This document shows, piece after piece, positions 11,001 to 22,200 of a stretch of DNA of 64,000 nucleotides. The notes beneath the pieces were generated by a model. It had not been told where the DNA came from. It did no database searches and saw only the letters and a list, made by a program, of their open reading frames with translations. Made by a program: the position numbers and the translations under genes. The stretch spans positions 113,591 to 177,590 of the forward strand of contig DF237089.1 in NCBI GenBank assembly GCA_000708835.1. Direction: 5' to 3'. How positions within the stretch are numbered: the first letter of the stretch is position 1; each line of letters starts with the position of its first letter. The stretch is from Klebsormidium nitens. Its lineage: Eukaryota > Plantae > Klebsormidiophyceae.

Positions 11001-14000
11001 TCACGGAGCCCTGCTTTCTGACGAAAGGCCCGAACATGGTCTTTACGTGACACCCAAACCCACGGTATTGCAAATGGCAGTAGTTTTCAGATCCGAGCAT
11101 AATGAAGCAAACATGTCGTCTGCTCGGCAGACTCGTATATGTTGATGAGCATAAGACAACTCGTTAGACTGTTTCTCATGGGAAAGAAGGGCAGATTTCT
11201 CTGCTTATTTGCTAACCGAAGAAAGTAAATGGTACACAAATGTAATCCGACAGCTTGTTGGCAAATCGCGGTCATCACCTGGAAGGTGGTAAGGCATGCC
11301 CAGAAGAAGTTGTCGTAATTGGAGCGCGGCTCGCCGTCCGGGAAGCTGAGCTTGCCCGCCAGGATCTGCATCCCCAGCAGCGCGCTAACTAGGATGAAGA
11401 GCAGCAGCAGGAACGCGAACGGGCGCACCGCGCGCAGCGCGCTGAAGACGGACGACAGGAAGATGGCCAGCGACGGCCACTGGCCCGCCAGCTGGAAGAC
11501 CCGCAAAACGCGGAACGTGCGCATGGACGCCACGTTGTGGATGACGCGGCCGCTCGTGCCGAAGTCGACGAGCGCCATGACGAACATCGCGCCGTCGAAG
11601 GCGGTGAACGGGTCGCGGCAGAAGGGCACCGGGCCGTGCGCGAGCGCGCGCAGGCTGGTCTCCAGCAGGAACACGATCGTGCACGCCTGCGGGGGAGAGC
11701 TTTCTCTTTTGGTTTGTCATATTGAAAAGAACGGCGTTTCTAAGACAGAAGTCGTGAGCTTCCAGTTCCGGCGTTTTACCCGCTCTGCTCAGAGCAGGTG
11801 ATTAGAGAGTGCGGTTGTCTAAAGATCATCTCTTCCGAAAGCTGGTCCGAGCGGCAGAGCCTGAGTTCGCCAAGTCCGGAGACAGAAGAACGCAAAAGGA
11901 GCAGCTGAAAGGCCCAATGGCCTGCTCGGGTGAAAGACTGAATGAGCAAAATTCAGCGGATTTGAGGGAATGTAAATTCGTTGCGATCAAAGCAGGACGT
12001 TGAGCACTCACGAGGTCAACTCCGTTGATCGCGCTTCGCAGCTTGCGCGGCGCGCCCTCGTAGCGCAGCGCGAGCACCAGCAGATTGAAAACCACCACCA
12101 GAATGAAGCCGATGTCGACTCGCGGCCGCGCTAACGTCACCCGCAAATCCCTCCGCATTCTCCGCCACTTTCTCCGCACCAAGAACAGCCGGTGCCGGAT
12201 CCGATGCTTCCACGACACTCGCTCCTCGATTGTTTCGGTCTCCTCTAGTTCGTCCGTTTGCCGGAAGTGGGAGGAGTAGGAGGGGGTCCCGGGAGCAAGT
12301 TGGTCGTGCGCGTTTGCAATCGACTTCGACGACAAGGACTTTTGGCTAGACTTTCGAAAGCGCTGTCGAAAGCTGTCGAAGGCCTGCTTGGGCGAGCGCA
12401 GCGCGTTCCACAAGGGACTCCTCGGGGGATGCCGGGGCGTGCTGTTGAGGGCCTGCGAGAGACCGGGGCAAAGCACTGAACACTTTGAAGATTTCTGCGC
12501 CTTTCAAATCTTCTGCATGCCCGTCGATTGACCAAGTTTTGGACACCGGTCCAATCAACATGATCAAAATATGTGTGGACTTCTTTTCGATCAGATTCAA
12601 AAGCGTACCACCAGAATAGACAGAGGATTTATAGCTTATTCATAATAGCAACTCACAATCAAGACCCTGGAGCAGAAGATGATTGAAGTGTAGAATTTCT
12701 GGGTGGCTACCGTTTGCTCACCCGTGTTTCGATGCGCATCCGCCTCATGTTTTCCGCCTTGACGTGTTCCTCTTGCTTCCGCTTCTTGAAGTTGTCGTAC
12801 ACAACGGCAAGGGCCAAGTTCATGATAGCGAAAGCACCTGGGATGCAGGCGTGGCAAAAGATTCGGAAAAGCTCTTATGAAAGGCTTGGAGTGCATTCAT
12901 TGGCGCACTCCTGCCCTTCACCTTGCGATAGTGCTCTGTACTCAGAAGCCATTGCTGTATTGGCTTCTTTGATGCAGGAAGTAAAAACAATCGGCGGCCA
13001 ACTTCTGGCTTGAGATGAGCATGTTTCGGTGGTCAAGGAGCGACTCTGGAAGCAGAGGGTCTAAGGGATGAATTCATTTGGAAGCTCTTGGTTCCCTTGA
13101 TTGAAAGGGTCAAGCACATTTTGAATCTTATGAAAAGAATACACGATATCATGGGACAACTCAGAAGTCAAAGAAGCGCCCCGTTTATCCAGAGATTTAC
13201 TCAAAGGAATGTTGATGTCGTTCAAGAAGCGTATTGCAATCGGAATGGTCTGTGCCATGTGCCTCAGGAATGCCTGCAAAGCAATCTAACGTCAAGATTA
13301 AAAGAAGGACGATTGCCTAACCGAACGGAAACGGCCGGCCTCACCAAAGACCACCACGGTAATCCAGTAGAACACCGCCCAGACGCCCTCCGCCTCCACT
13401 GTTGCGTACATGTTATCGGACCAGCCCTCGAGCGAGATCGCCTCGAACAGGACAATCGCCGCGCGCGGCAGGTTCGAGAATGACGTCAGGTTTTCGCAGG
13501 GCCAGTGGCCAGTGTGCTCGCAGGAGGTGCCCGGGGGACACATGTGCGCCCAGGGCTTGTCCTGGCCGCTGCACCGCCGGCCGTCGGTGAAAGCCCCTGA
13601 GGCGTCCACGCACTGGCGGTCGAGGGATCCCCCGAAAAGCTGCACGCCCATGATGCCTGCAAGGTCGAAGGAGGGGGAATTTGGTGCTTCGTTTGATGCA
13701 CAGATGCTGCGTTCCTTAAGAGCCTCAGGGCTGGTCGAGCCGAGTTGTCAGGAAGCGAAAGGCTCGGAAAAGATACAACAGACGAGACACGCCGAGACAT
13801 CCTGCGGGACATAGTGCATAATTAGACGAAATAGGGCTTATGAAGTGACGGAACGAGGACGTGCTTGATAGTTGCCGGAAACCGACTTTTTCGTAAAGTG
13901 TCGGCAAATGCCAGAAAAAGGAGAGCCGGGAAAAGGGGCACTGACCGAAGAAGGTGAGGAAGAAGCAGAGGAGGAGCGAGACGTTCCCGAGGCGCGGCAG

Positions 14001-17000
14001 GGAGCTGAAGACTGTCCCCACCAGCACGCGCATGGTGGGGGACGCGCTCACGGTGCGCAGCGGCCGCAGCACGCGCACAACGCGCAGCACGCGCAGGAAG
14101 CCGAGCGGTAGGGCGCGGCCGCCGGTCGGGAGCTGCAGGGAGGGTTTGGAGGGTCCCCGGTTGATCGACGTCTCAATGCAACGTTCTCAGGGTTTGCGAA
14201 GTCATCCGATTCAACATTAGAACAAGAAGGTGCGGTGTGAAGGAGAAGTTGCGGGTGGAAGCATCGTACTCAAAGCGCCTGACCGTTCATACGATGCTAA
14301 GCGATTTGAACTTCCTTCCAGCGCTATCGGCTTATCTTGGAATAATAGTTGGACGCTTCTGATTTGATCGAAAAGAAGCGAACGGAGAACGGTCCAGGGT
14401 CAGCAAAAGGGGGCTCAAGGGGTCAGGGTTTATGGCTCACTTCTCAAGGGAAAGTTCACCACACAGTGACCCTATAGGAGTGGTAGAGGGAGCTACAACT
14501 ATCTGACCAAGGCTCAAACGAAAACTTTTTCTTTCTTCTGTATCGGTTCTGGGGGCGGCTCTTACCAGCACGACCAAGCTGGCCCATGTGAGAATGAAGT
14601 CCAGCACGTTGAGAGGGGACCGCAGGTACGCCGTCGGGTTGAGAAGGAAGCCGTATGCGACGATCTGTGACAAAGAACAGGCCCCGGTAAGGAAAGACGC
14701 GGACAAGTAATGTCAAGCGGCCTGTGGAGAACCAATTTTGTCCGCCTGGCCTTCGCTCCTTGACAAGTCAAGACCGGATGCCGCGTTCTCGGAGATACGT
14801 TTTCCCAGCCTTGACAATTGGCTGGTTTTGTTGGCTGGTTCTCTGAGCCCACACTCAGTAAGTTCAACAACGTACCTTCTGATCAACTCAAACATAGATC
14901 AGTCTCCCGAAAGTCACAATCAATACGACTCACATTGTCGGCTTACGTTTTCAGATCCAAAGAATGCAGGGCAAACATTCCCGACGCAAACAGGTCACGT
15001 CGGCCGGTTTCGAAATTTTGCGGGGCGCTGACCTTGAGGCCCATTTCGAGGAAGAAGACGGCAATGAAGCCGATGTCGATGCGGCGCACGAGCATGTTTC
15101 GGTGCGACGTCTCCGCCTGCGTGGGGCTGTATGTGGCCATGTCGACGCAGCTGCCCAAAATGCACACCAGCATCACGTGGCTGAAGAACCGGTGCTCCAC
15201 CACGCGCCGGCAGAGCATGCGGAACGGGTTGGTCGCCTCCAGGAAGAACAGGCTCTTGCTGAAGTCCTCCGTCTGTGGGGGAATGCAAGGGCTCGTAGGT
15301 GATTTCCATAGGGCAAGTTTGGAGTAATTCCGGCAAGGGATTTCCTGAAAAGTTATCCAAGATCCGCTTGTATTGCAACTCGAGAAAGGCTTGAACTCAG
15401 CAATGCGTGTCAAGGTTGGTCGCCTCCAGGAAAAAAGGCTCTTGGTGAAATCCTCCGTCTGCGGGGGGAGAGGCGAGGTCGTGCGCTTATTGCCTGTTGT
15501 GAGTATGGGTGATTTTTGGCGAGGAATTCCCCAAAAGTTACGATCCTGTTCAAGTTCTGCTTGGGTTACCAGTCAAGAGAGGCTGAGAATCACCTGCCCC
15601 TAAAGTTCTCACGGGGCATACGGACAAATGTTGATGAAAGTGAGCTGAAGCTTGTCAAGGCCTCGTATTGACCATCCCCGCAAGCCGTGCTTCAGACTCT
15701 CCGGCTCCTTTTCCCTCACGCAGCTTTCGCACTCGATCAAATGGCGGCATCCTCCCAACCAAGCCTAAAATACTCCTGGCGCCAACAAACGAGACGCGAC
15801 CGCTACCCTCTAACGTTGAATCTCCTGAATAAGCATTCTTCCAGCAGTCACGAACGTGGGCCAATCATGCTAAGAGAACCACAGCCCACCTGCATCGCGA
15901 AGTTCCTCGTTGCCGGCTTCTGGTGGTACCGCGCCAGCAGCTGCGCCGTCCGCGGCGTGGCCTGCGCGGTGCCTTCTCCCCCGTCGCTGTCTTGACTGAA
16001 CCGCACGGTCCTTTCCGACCGTTCATCTTGCGACGCATCGCTGGCCCGGTCGGACCTTCGCCGAAATGCCGACCGGCCTGGCTTTGTGCCGGAAACCGTG
16101 GGGACGTCCCCAGGCATCCCCTCAGATCGTCCGCTGCTCCCCCGGTCTAAAGTGTAAGCGTCCGAATCGGACGGCCGACGCTGCGGCTCGAATGTGAACA
16201 CCCCGCTCTGGTTCTGCGACGTGACCTCCACTCCGATCTCCATGCTATCCGTAATCCCGGGAAAATTGCCGCTGGGGTTGAACGCGAACGAGCTCCGCCG
16301 CGGCGCGCGCTTCCCGCTCGAGACCCGCTGGAACTGCCCGGTCGACGAGTCCTCACCTTGACTCGCGTCTTGTGTCTTGGCTTCTGATGCTGACGTGTCT
16401 TTCTTCACCTTCCCGGGTGCGTGTACCCGCACCCTCGGAAGATGGAACTTCGGCATCTCAGGCGAAGCGATCGGCAGCAAGCCTGGCTCCTGCTCTAAGC
16501 CTCGGCCCGACGGCCCCGATTGCCTGCTGCTACGAACAGGGGCCGCATCGGATGGGCCCACTCCGTTTGACGTTGCCGTAAGTTGGGAGTGAGGTGGACT
16601 CCCGGCAGAGTCCGAAAGGTTCTTGCTCGACAGCCGTGACAGTTGCGGGGAACGGGGACGGGAGTTTCCGCGGGAAAGGGGGGGACTGCTGGGGATGGCG
16701 GGGGGCTGAGCCCAAAGGCTGAAAGAGTCGCCCGACCTTTGTACCTGGATTGCGGCACTTGCTGCTTGCTGGGGTGATGTACTGGCTCTAGAAGTGGCGG
16801 AGGAGGGAGGGGCAACGTGTGGAGTTTCGGAAGAATGCTTTGGCGGTGCTTGAGAAGGGTCTGCATCAATCCGGCCTCCTCGTAGGTTTAAGGCTGGTTT
16901 TTGAGGAACAATGGGGTGCGGTGTTTTGGGAGGCACACCGTCTGCATGACCAAGAGTCTTTGCTGGTGCAATCTTAGGTGCCTCTTTTAGTACGAGGGCT

Positions 17001-18283
17001 GCTGAGGGGGGCGCATTTCTTTGTGCCGCAGCAGAAGAGCTAGCGCCAGCGTGTGATGAAGACACTGAAGTGGTGCTCCCGGCCGACGGAGCACCCTCTC
17101 TACTTTGGTCGCCATGTGCCCTTTTGGCACTTTCCACCCTGATGGGTACTGACTCCTTTGCGCTGACCTCTTCCAATGCTACCACCCCCGCCAAGATATC
17201 GGTCCTCCCCGTTGCCGCAGGATCTTCCCCAGAGCGTACATGCTGACTTGCCGCACCCAATGCCGTCCTGCGCTCCTGCTGCTCAGAAAGCGCCTCATTC
17301 AGGATTTGCCCTTCCGCCGGCGCCTCTTTCCTCGGCGACGCTCCCCGCCGCATGTTGCGCAAAACCCGCAGCCCCGCCGTAACTGCCGCAATGCCATTTG
17401 GGGCACCTGCGCCACCTGCGGAACCCGCTCTTACCCTCGGAACCACCAACCCATCCAAAGGAGAGCTTTCTACCCGTTTTGGAGATCTTGATGGCGCCCG
17501 CTTTGGGCTCAGCCCCTCACCGCTACCCACGGTGTCTGACCACCCTTCCACTATCTCCCCCCCCAGTGGTTCTATCACTTTGGCCCGCCGTTTACTTGGT
17601 GACTCAAGCTGCCCAGATCCTGGGCTTGGTGCTGGCCTCTTTTCGTCAAACCCCCCCGCCTGGTGCACACCGACCTTTGCAAAAAAAAATCCTTCGTGGG
17701 CCTCACCTATGGAGGCGCTCCGAGCCCGGCCGCTAGTGGTAGCTGCGTCCGGCATGGCTCCCTGCTCTGCATCCGGCCTTGCATTTGTGCTGTACAACTT
17801 AGCAGGCTTGCGCGGGGAAGCATTCCCACTTGCCACTCTTGAGGGGGGGTCTGGATGGGCGCTGAGAGCAGGCACTGGCAACCTCCGGTGGGCAAACACC
17901 GCTTCATCATCATTATGTGGTGGATCCTCATGTGTTGAATGATCCTTCTTTGCTTCCGGACTGCTCGGTGCCTTTGTCCCACCATTCTGCAAGGCCCCGA
18001 GCTTGATGGTTGCAAACCTGGCGGCATGGAACGCCGGTGACGGGCCAGCTCTAGGACTTCCCAGCTTTGAGCTCCTTTCCTGCTGCAAGCCATCTGTTCT
18101 AGAGCTGGCTGCCAATTGCTGCTCCCCATTGGAGACTGAGCTCTCCTCCTTTCTAGCTGGTCTACTCTTGGTTCTAGATGGAGAAGCGAGCTCTTTCGTA
18201 TCTGCCTTGGCGGCAGAGTCTGCCTCATGCGCTTGCAGCGGTGGCGGCTTCCTGGCGGGAGGCGGCGCCGAGGAGCCGTCCAT
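2063..18283 (-). CDS. Four-domain (4x6TM) voltage-gated Ca2+/Na+ channel alpha subunit, ~2907 aa, 18 exons
   Basis: Exons (minus): 15890-18283, 15033-15272, 14566-14664, 13946-14132, 13345-13656, 12722-12837, 12012-12452, 11279-11686, 10694-10904, 8508-10171, 7857-8030, 7246-7436, 6593-6813, 5773-6274, 4757-5132, 4041-4370, 3335-3514, 2063-2740. They sum to 8724 nt in phase. Four S4 segments (RVLRVVRVLRPLR, RTFRVLRVFQ, HVFRVFRALR, RCFRVLRMLK). P-loops ISLEGW, IANYNW, STTENA, LTGENW. S6 motifs MNLALAVV, LNLLLAIL, INLFVGIV, LNLVIAII. C-terminal EF-hand-like segment (VWTRHDPTATGWI) and IQ motif IQAHARGIVTR split by intron 17. The start codon at 18283 is the first ATG of the long first exon (inferred). 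Confidence 0.93.
3137..3322. mobile_element. MITE-like foldback element (copy 1) in channel intron 17
   Basis: ~37-bp imperfect terminal inverted repeats (tctcgatttcatgttgactaggcgtacgttgactaa ... ttagtcaacatgcgcttggtcaacatgaaatcgaga) around a G-rich core (gggtgcggagcgggtg...ttaggtttttag). The core is shared with 26479-26670. No clear target-site duplication. Confidence 0.65.
5158..5369. repeat. Degenerate intronic minisatellite (~14-bp ttcaggaNtgg-like units) plus a short ttcttgaggttcttaggtc duplication
   Basis: Repeated tttcagga/ttcagga/ctcagga/ttccagg units at 5158-5310, and cttgaggttcttaggtc twice at ~5334-5369, inside channel intron 14. Confidence 0.6.
15412..15550 (-). repeat. Tandem duplicate of the exon 2 acceptor and first ~45 nt of channel exon 2, with a 1-nt deletion (pseudo-exon)
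   Basis: ccccgcag|ACGGAGGATTTCACCAAGAGCCTTTTTTCCTGGAGGCGACCAACC at 15458 versus ccccacag|ACGGAGGACTTCAGCAAGAGCCTGTTCTTCCTGGAGGCGACCAACC at 15272. Upstream intronic words (ggtgattt, aaaagtta) are also duplicated. Confidence 0.8.
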
Positions 18284-19253
18284 CCGCACAGCAAAGCGCG
18301 TCAACCGATGGAGACCCTAAGCAAGAGCATCCTCCTCATAAGCTCTCAGCAAGAGCTGTCTTCAAGCTAGAAGATGCATCCTACTGGGGGCCTGAAGCTG
18401 GAGCTGAATGTGCTTTTGGCTCCAGGTGGGCCACATTCTACCGTGGGTATCTGCGTGCAGCTCGAAATCAACGGTAGCGAGCGGGGCAGGCTGAGGTGGG
18501 TCGCTGGTTCTGGCTGCACATGGTGCCTTTATGTATCAAAACTCTGTATCTGTTCAACAATGTTAGTCGAGTCTCGATCAACACCTCTGATACTGGTGGA
18601 CGTACTGGCCTGAAAGTACCACACCTGTTTTGATGATCACCCGCCAATTTGCATGTGCAGTTTACATGCACGCAATTCACTGCCTGAGCACATTCTGAAG
18701 CGCGCGCACACAGCCCTTAAGAAGATCGACGGCCGAAAAAGTATCTGAATATACAATCGTACGGACGTAAAGGGCCACTCCTTTCTGACCAAGTCGTATT
18801 CAATCAGAATAAGGACCTGGCCAGCGTCCGGTGAGAGCCTTGCCAGAGCCGAGTTCTGCTTCAGACCTGCGCTTTGGAATATTCCTTCAGCGCCAGAAAC
18901 GAAGCGCTCCCGGTACCTATTATGAAATTCCACGTCTTCTCTGGCGCGATGCTAGCTCGTCTTGAATTGCTAGGGGCTACAGCGCTGCTGAGCGTCCGAG
19001 AGGGCAAGAATGCTTCCAGGGTGCTGTCTGGCTGTGGGAGATGGCAGTGGCAGCATTAGTGATTCATAGCAGAGCTTGACGAGCGACCTGCTATTCTAGT
19101 CAAAGGTCTGTCAAGAGCAGCCACAGCGCGGGCAGCAGAAGCCGCAGTGGTGAATGATCCTTGACCTGTGTGAACCTGTGAAGTGTCAGTCGGAAAGTGG
19201 GCAGCTGGTGTTACAAACCAAGCAATGTTCAGATCAGCAAGCCTGGGGCAGTT

Positions 19254-22200
19254 ATGGCTCTGTTGACTCGGCTGGGATTCCGCCTGAAGAAGACCACTTT
19301 GGCGCATCAGTTCCCCTATCCCCATGAGCACTCCCGGCATGCGGCCTACGCAGTGCTGGCCGGTTCGCTGTTCTTCATCAGCAGCGATAACTTGCAGAAC
19401 CTGCTCAACCGCTTTGATTCCAACATCAAATGGTGGGCAATCTATGGCTTCCTCCTGGGCTTCTTCTACTTCTTTGCGTCGCCCTTCTTGGGGAAGGTGA
19501 GCCGCTCAAAAGCCTCGTAAATGGGCTGAAGCAGTCACAGATGATTTTGAGGTTCTGATGTCAGAATCTTGTGAATCAAGAGATGACGCTTCTTGTGGGA
19601 ACAAGAGGAATCGTGCGTTGGATTCTGCCGGAAGGAGAGTCATCACTGATGGTGGTGGTGCAGATTCAGCATGCTTCAGGAATGAAGCGAGCTTGTTTTG
19701 CCAACAGAATTGGAGCACCATTCTTGTTGATAGGGAACAAGGCTTTCCTACTCAAGTTCTGCATGATGTTGTTGGCTGGACTTCTTAGAGCATACTTCCA
19801 TCTTGCTTCTGCAAAACTTGCCCACTTTGTCATTTCCCGCTGTTGAAATGTCGAAACTCTTCAGCGTTGGCCTGCCCCAATAATCGTGTTGCGTCCGACA
19901 AAACCAACGTATAGAAGGGGAATGATGTGGACTTTACGTTTTTGAAGCCCTCCCTCAAATACATTTCAGTGGGGGTAGATTCACAGCAAAAAAGGGCCCA
20001 CAGGATGACTTCTTGATAGGTTTATCGACTCAAACATGAAAACATATAAGAGGTTCTGGGGGGATCCCCCTGCTAGAGTACGGCCCGCTCTTTGAACACT
20101 GCCCCCCCCCCTGGCAGGCGATGGCCCCCAACTACTCCAACTTCAACCGGTGGTACATTGCGTGGCTGCTCGTCGCAGCTGTCTACCACTTGCCCAGCTT
20201 CCAGTCCATGGGGGTGGACATCAAAATGAGCCTCTCGCTCTTCCTCTCCATATTCCTTGCCTCCGCGGCGGTCCTCTTGGCTTTTCATCTGTCATTTTTG
20301 GGGCTGTGGTACGTTGGCCTGGCGGCGCGGCTCACCGGGGAGCGGCCCGAGATTCTCACCATCCTGCAGAACAGTACAGTAATAAGGTATGTCCCCCCGT
20401 TAAATACGCCCCCCAATGAACTGCTTGTTACTGCTTGAGCACATTCACGAGGTTAAATCTGCGAGAACTTTATTCCGTTCTGATCAGCCCTGTCATTGAC
20501 AGCCAGCTTATGGTTGTTGTTGACTCTTTGAAGAGTTGATTGGAAGCTTTCTAGAAGCTTCTGGACCCTCCTGTGATACGGTACGCAAAATGCGAGCATC
20601 TCACCCCCCCCCCAACGTCCTAGCCCACTGCTTCCCAGTTTCTTCCATGCCCTTTCAAGCATCTGTTTTCCTCCTGGCCCCCTTTCGTCGAGCATTTTGT
20701 GAGTCAGACTCTTCTTTGCTTTTGGACTTCCCTAGTGTGTTTCCTCCTTACGTACCCCCATAAAAACCCAAATTCACAACAGCTGTTCATTCTCCTGTCC
20801 CTTCCCACCCCAGCATCGCGTGTTGCCTACTCTACACGCACTGCGGCAACGCGGTGCCCGTCCTCCCGCCGCCCCGCTCGCTGCGCCACATCTTTGACCT
20901 CAAGGAGCAGGTCTGCCGAGTCTGGCTCGGGCCGGTCGGGTCGTCCCGCGACTACCCCACGTTTTCCAAGTGGGCGCTCTATGGCGAGGTGAGCTGCGCA
21001 GGCCTCTCAAGTGCTTGACGTCTAGAAACAAGTCAGTATGTGGAGAGATTGCTGGAAAGGCTAATGATCAGGACACAAACCTGTGACGCCTTATGCGGAT
21101 CCGTTTTGCTATGGTCGCTCACTTAAGTTGATGAATGCTCTCGTGTCGCAGACATCAGAAATCCTGCCATGACACTGTACAAGTCATGGGAGGACGGCAT
21201 GTCGCGTAGATACTGTCCAGAAATTGCGCGCAGTGTCATGTAAGCAGAGAACATATGTGGGGTCATCCCATCAATGCAACTGCAATCGCTTCTCATTACT
21301 TCTCATACTTTGGTCTTTCGGACGTTCGGACTGAAAAACTCACACCCTTCTCTCGGCAGGCTGTCTTTGAAGACGCCATTGTGGGGACGTCCGACTTCAT
21401 CTCCCCAGTATACTCGCTATGGGCGACTTTCATTTCGCTGTACATAGCCCACTACGTGGTCGAGCGCTCCACGGGGTGGGCCCTCGCGCACGCCAGCCCC
21501 AAACCCGAGGAGCAACCCAAGGTTAAGCCCAAACCCAAGAAGGTCAACCGGCCCGACTTCCTGCCCATGGTCCCCTGGTATAGCGGGTGAGTGCTGCATG
21601 TGTTCCTGACTTTGAGCTGCGCTGCAGGACGTCTGTTTTCCCCTGAGGCTATGATTTTAGGAGGATTGGGTCCGGGCCTTTTGAGTAGGTTGGCTTTCAA
21701 GGTTGAGAAGAGCGCTGACTGAAACCAAAATCACGCATTTTTACTGCGGCACCTACCCCTTGCGGTTCAGCAAAGTTAGGGATTTAAGGACTTCGTTTTC
21801 AGTCTTTCAAAAGCTCAACCCCGTATCTCGTTCCGTGACCAAACTCCGCTCGTTCTTGGCTGGCAGGACCTCTGCGGACCTGTTCAAGACGGCCTTCGAC
21901 CTGATCATCTCCGTCACGCTTTTCCTCGGCCGCTTTGACATGCGCACCATGCAGGTGAGCCTGACAGTTTTGGTCGCTTTCTCCTTGATCTGCAGATATG
22001 ATGAAAAGTCTCAGTCCCCGTATGCTAAAGATATCTCTTCCCACTTTCTCGAGAAGGAGGAGAGGCTAGGAGACCTTTCTTCCCACTTTCAGGAGATGCT
22101 CGAACGATCATAACGACAAGCTGAGCCAGGACAGGCTGGGTTTATTCTCAGATCGCCGCGCGCTCTGGCAGTAAATGTTTGTGAGCATCGTTTCTTGCCA

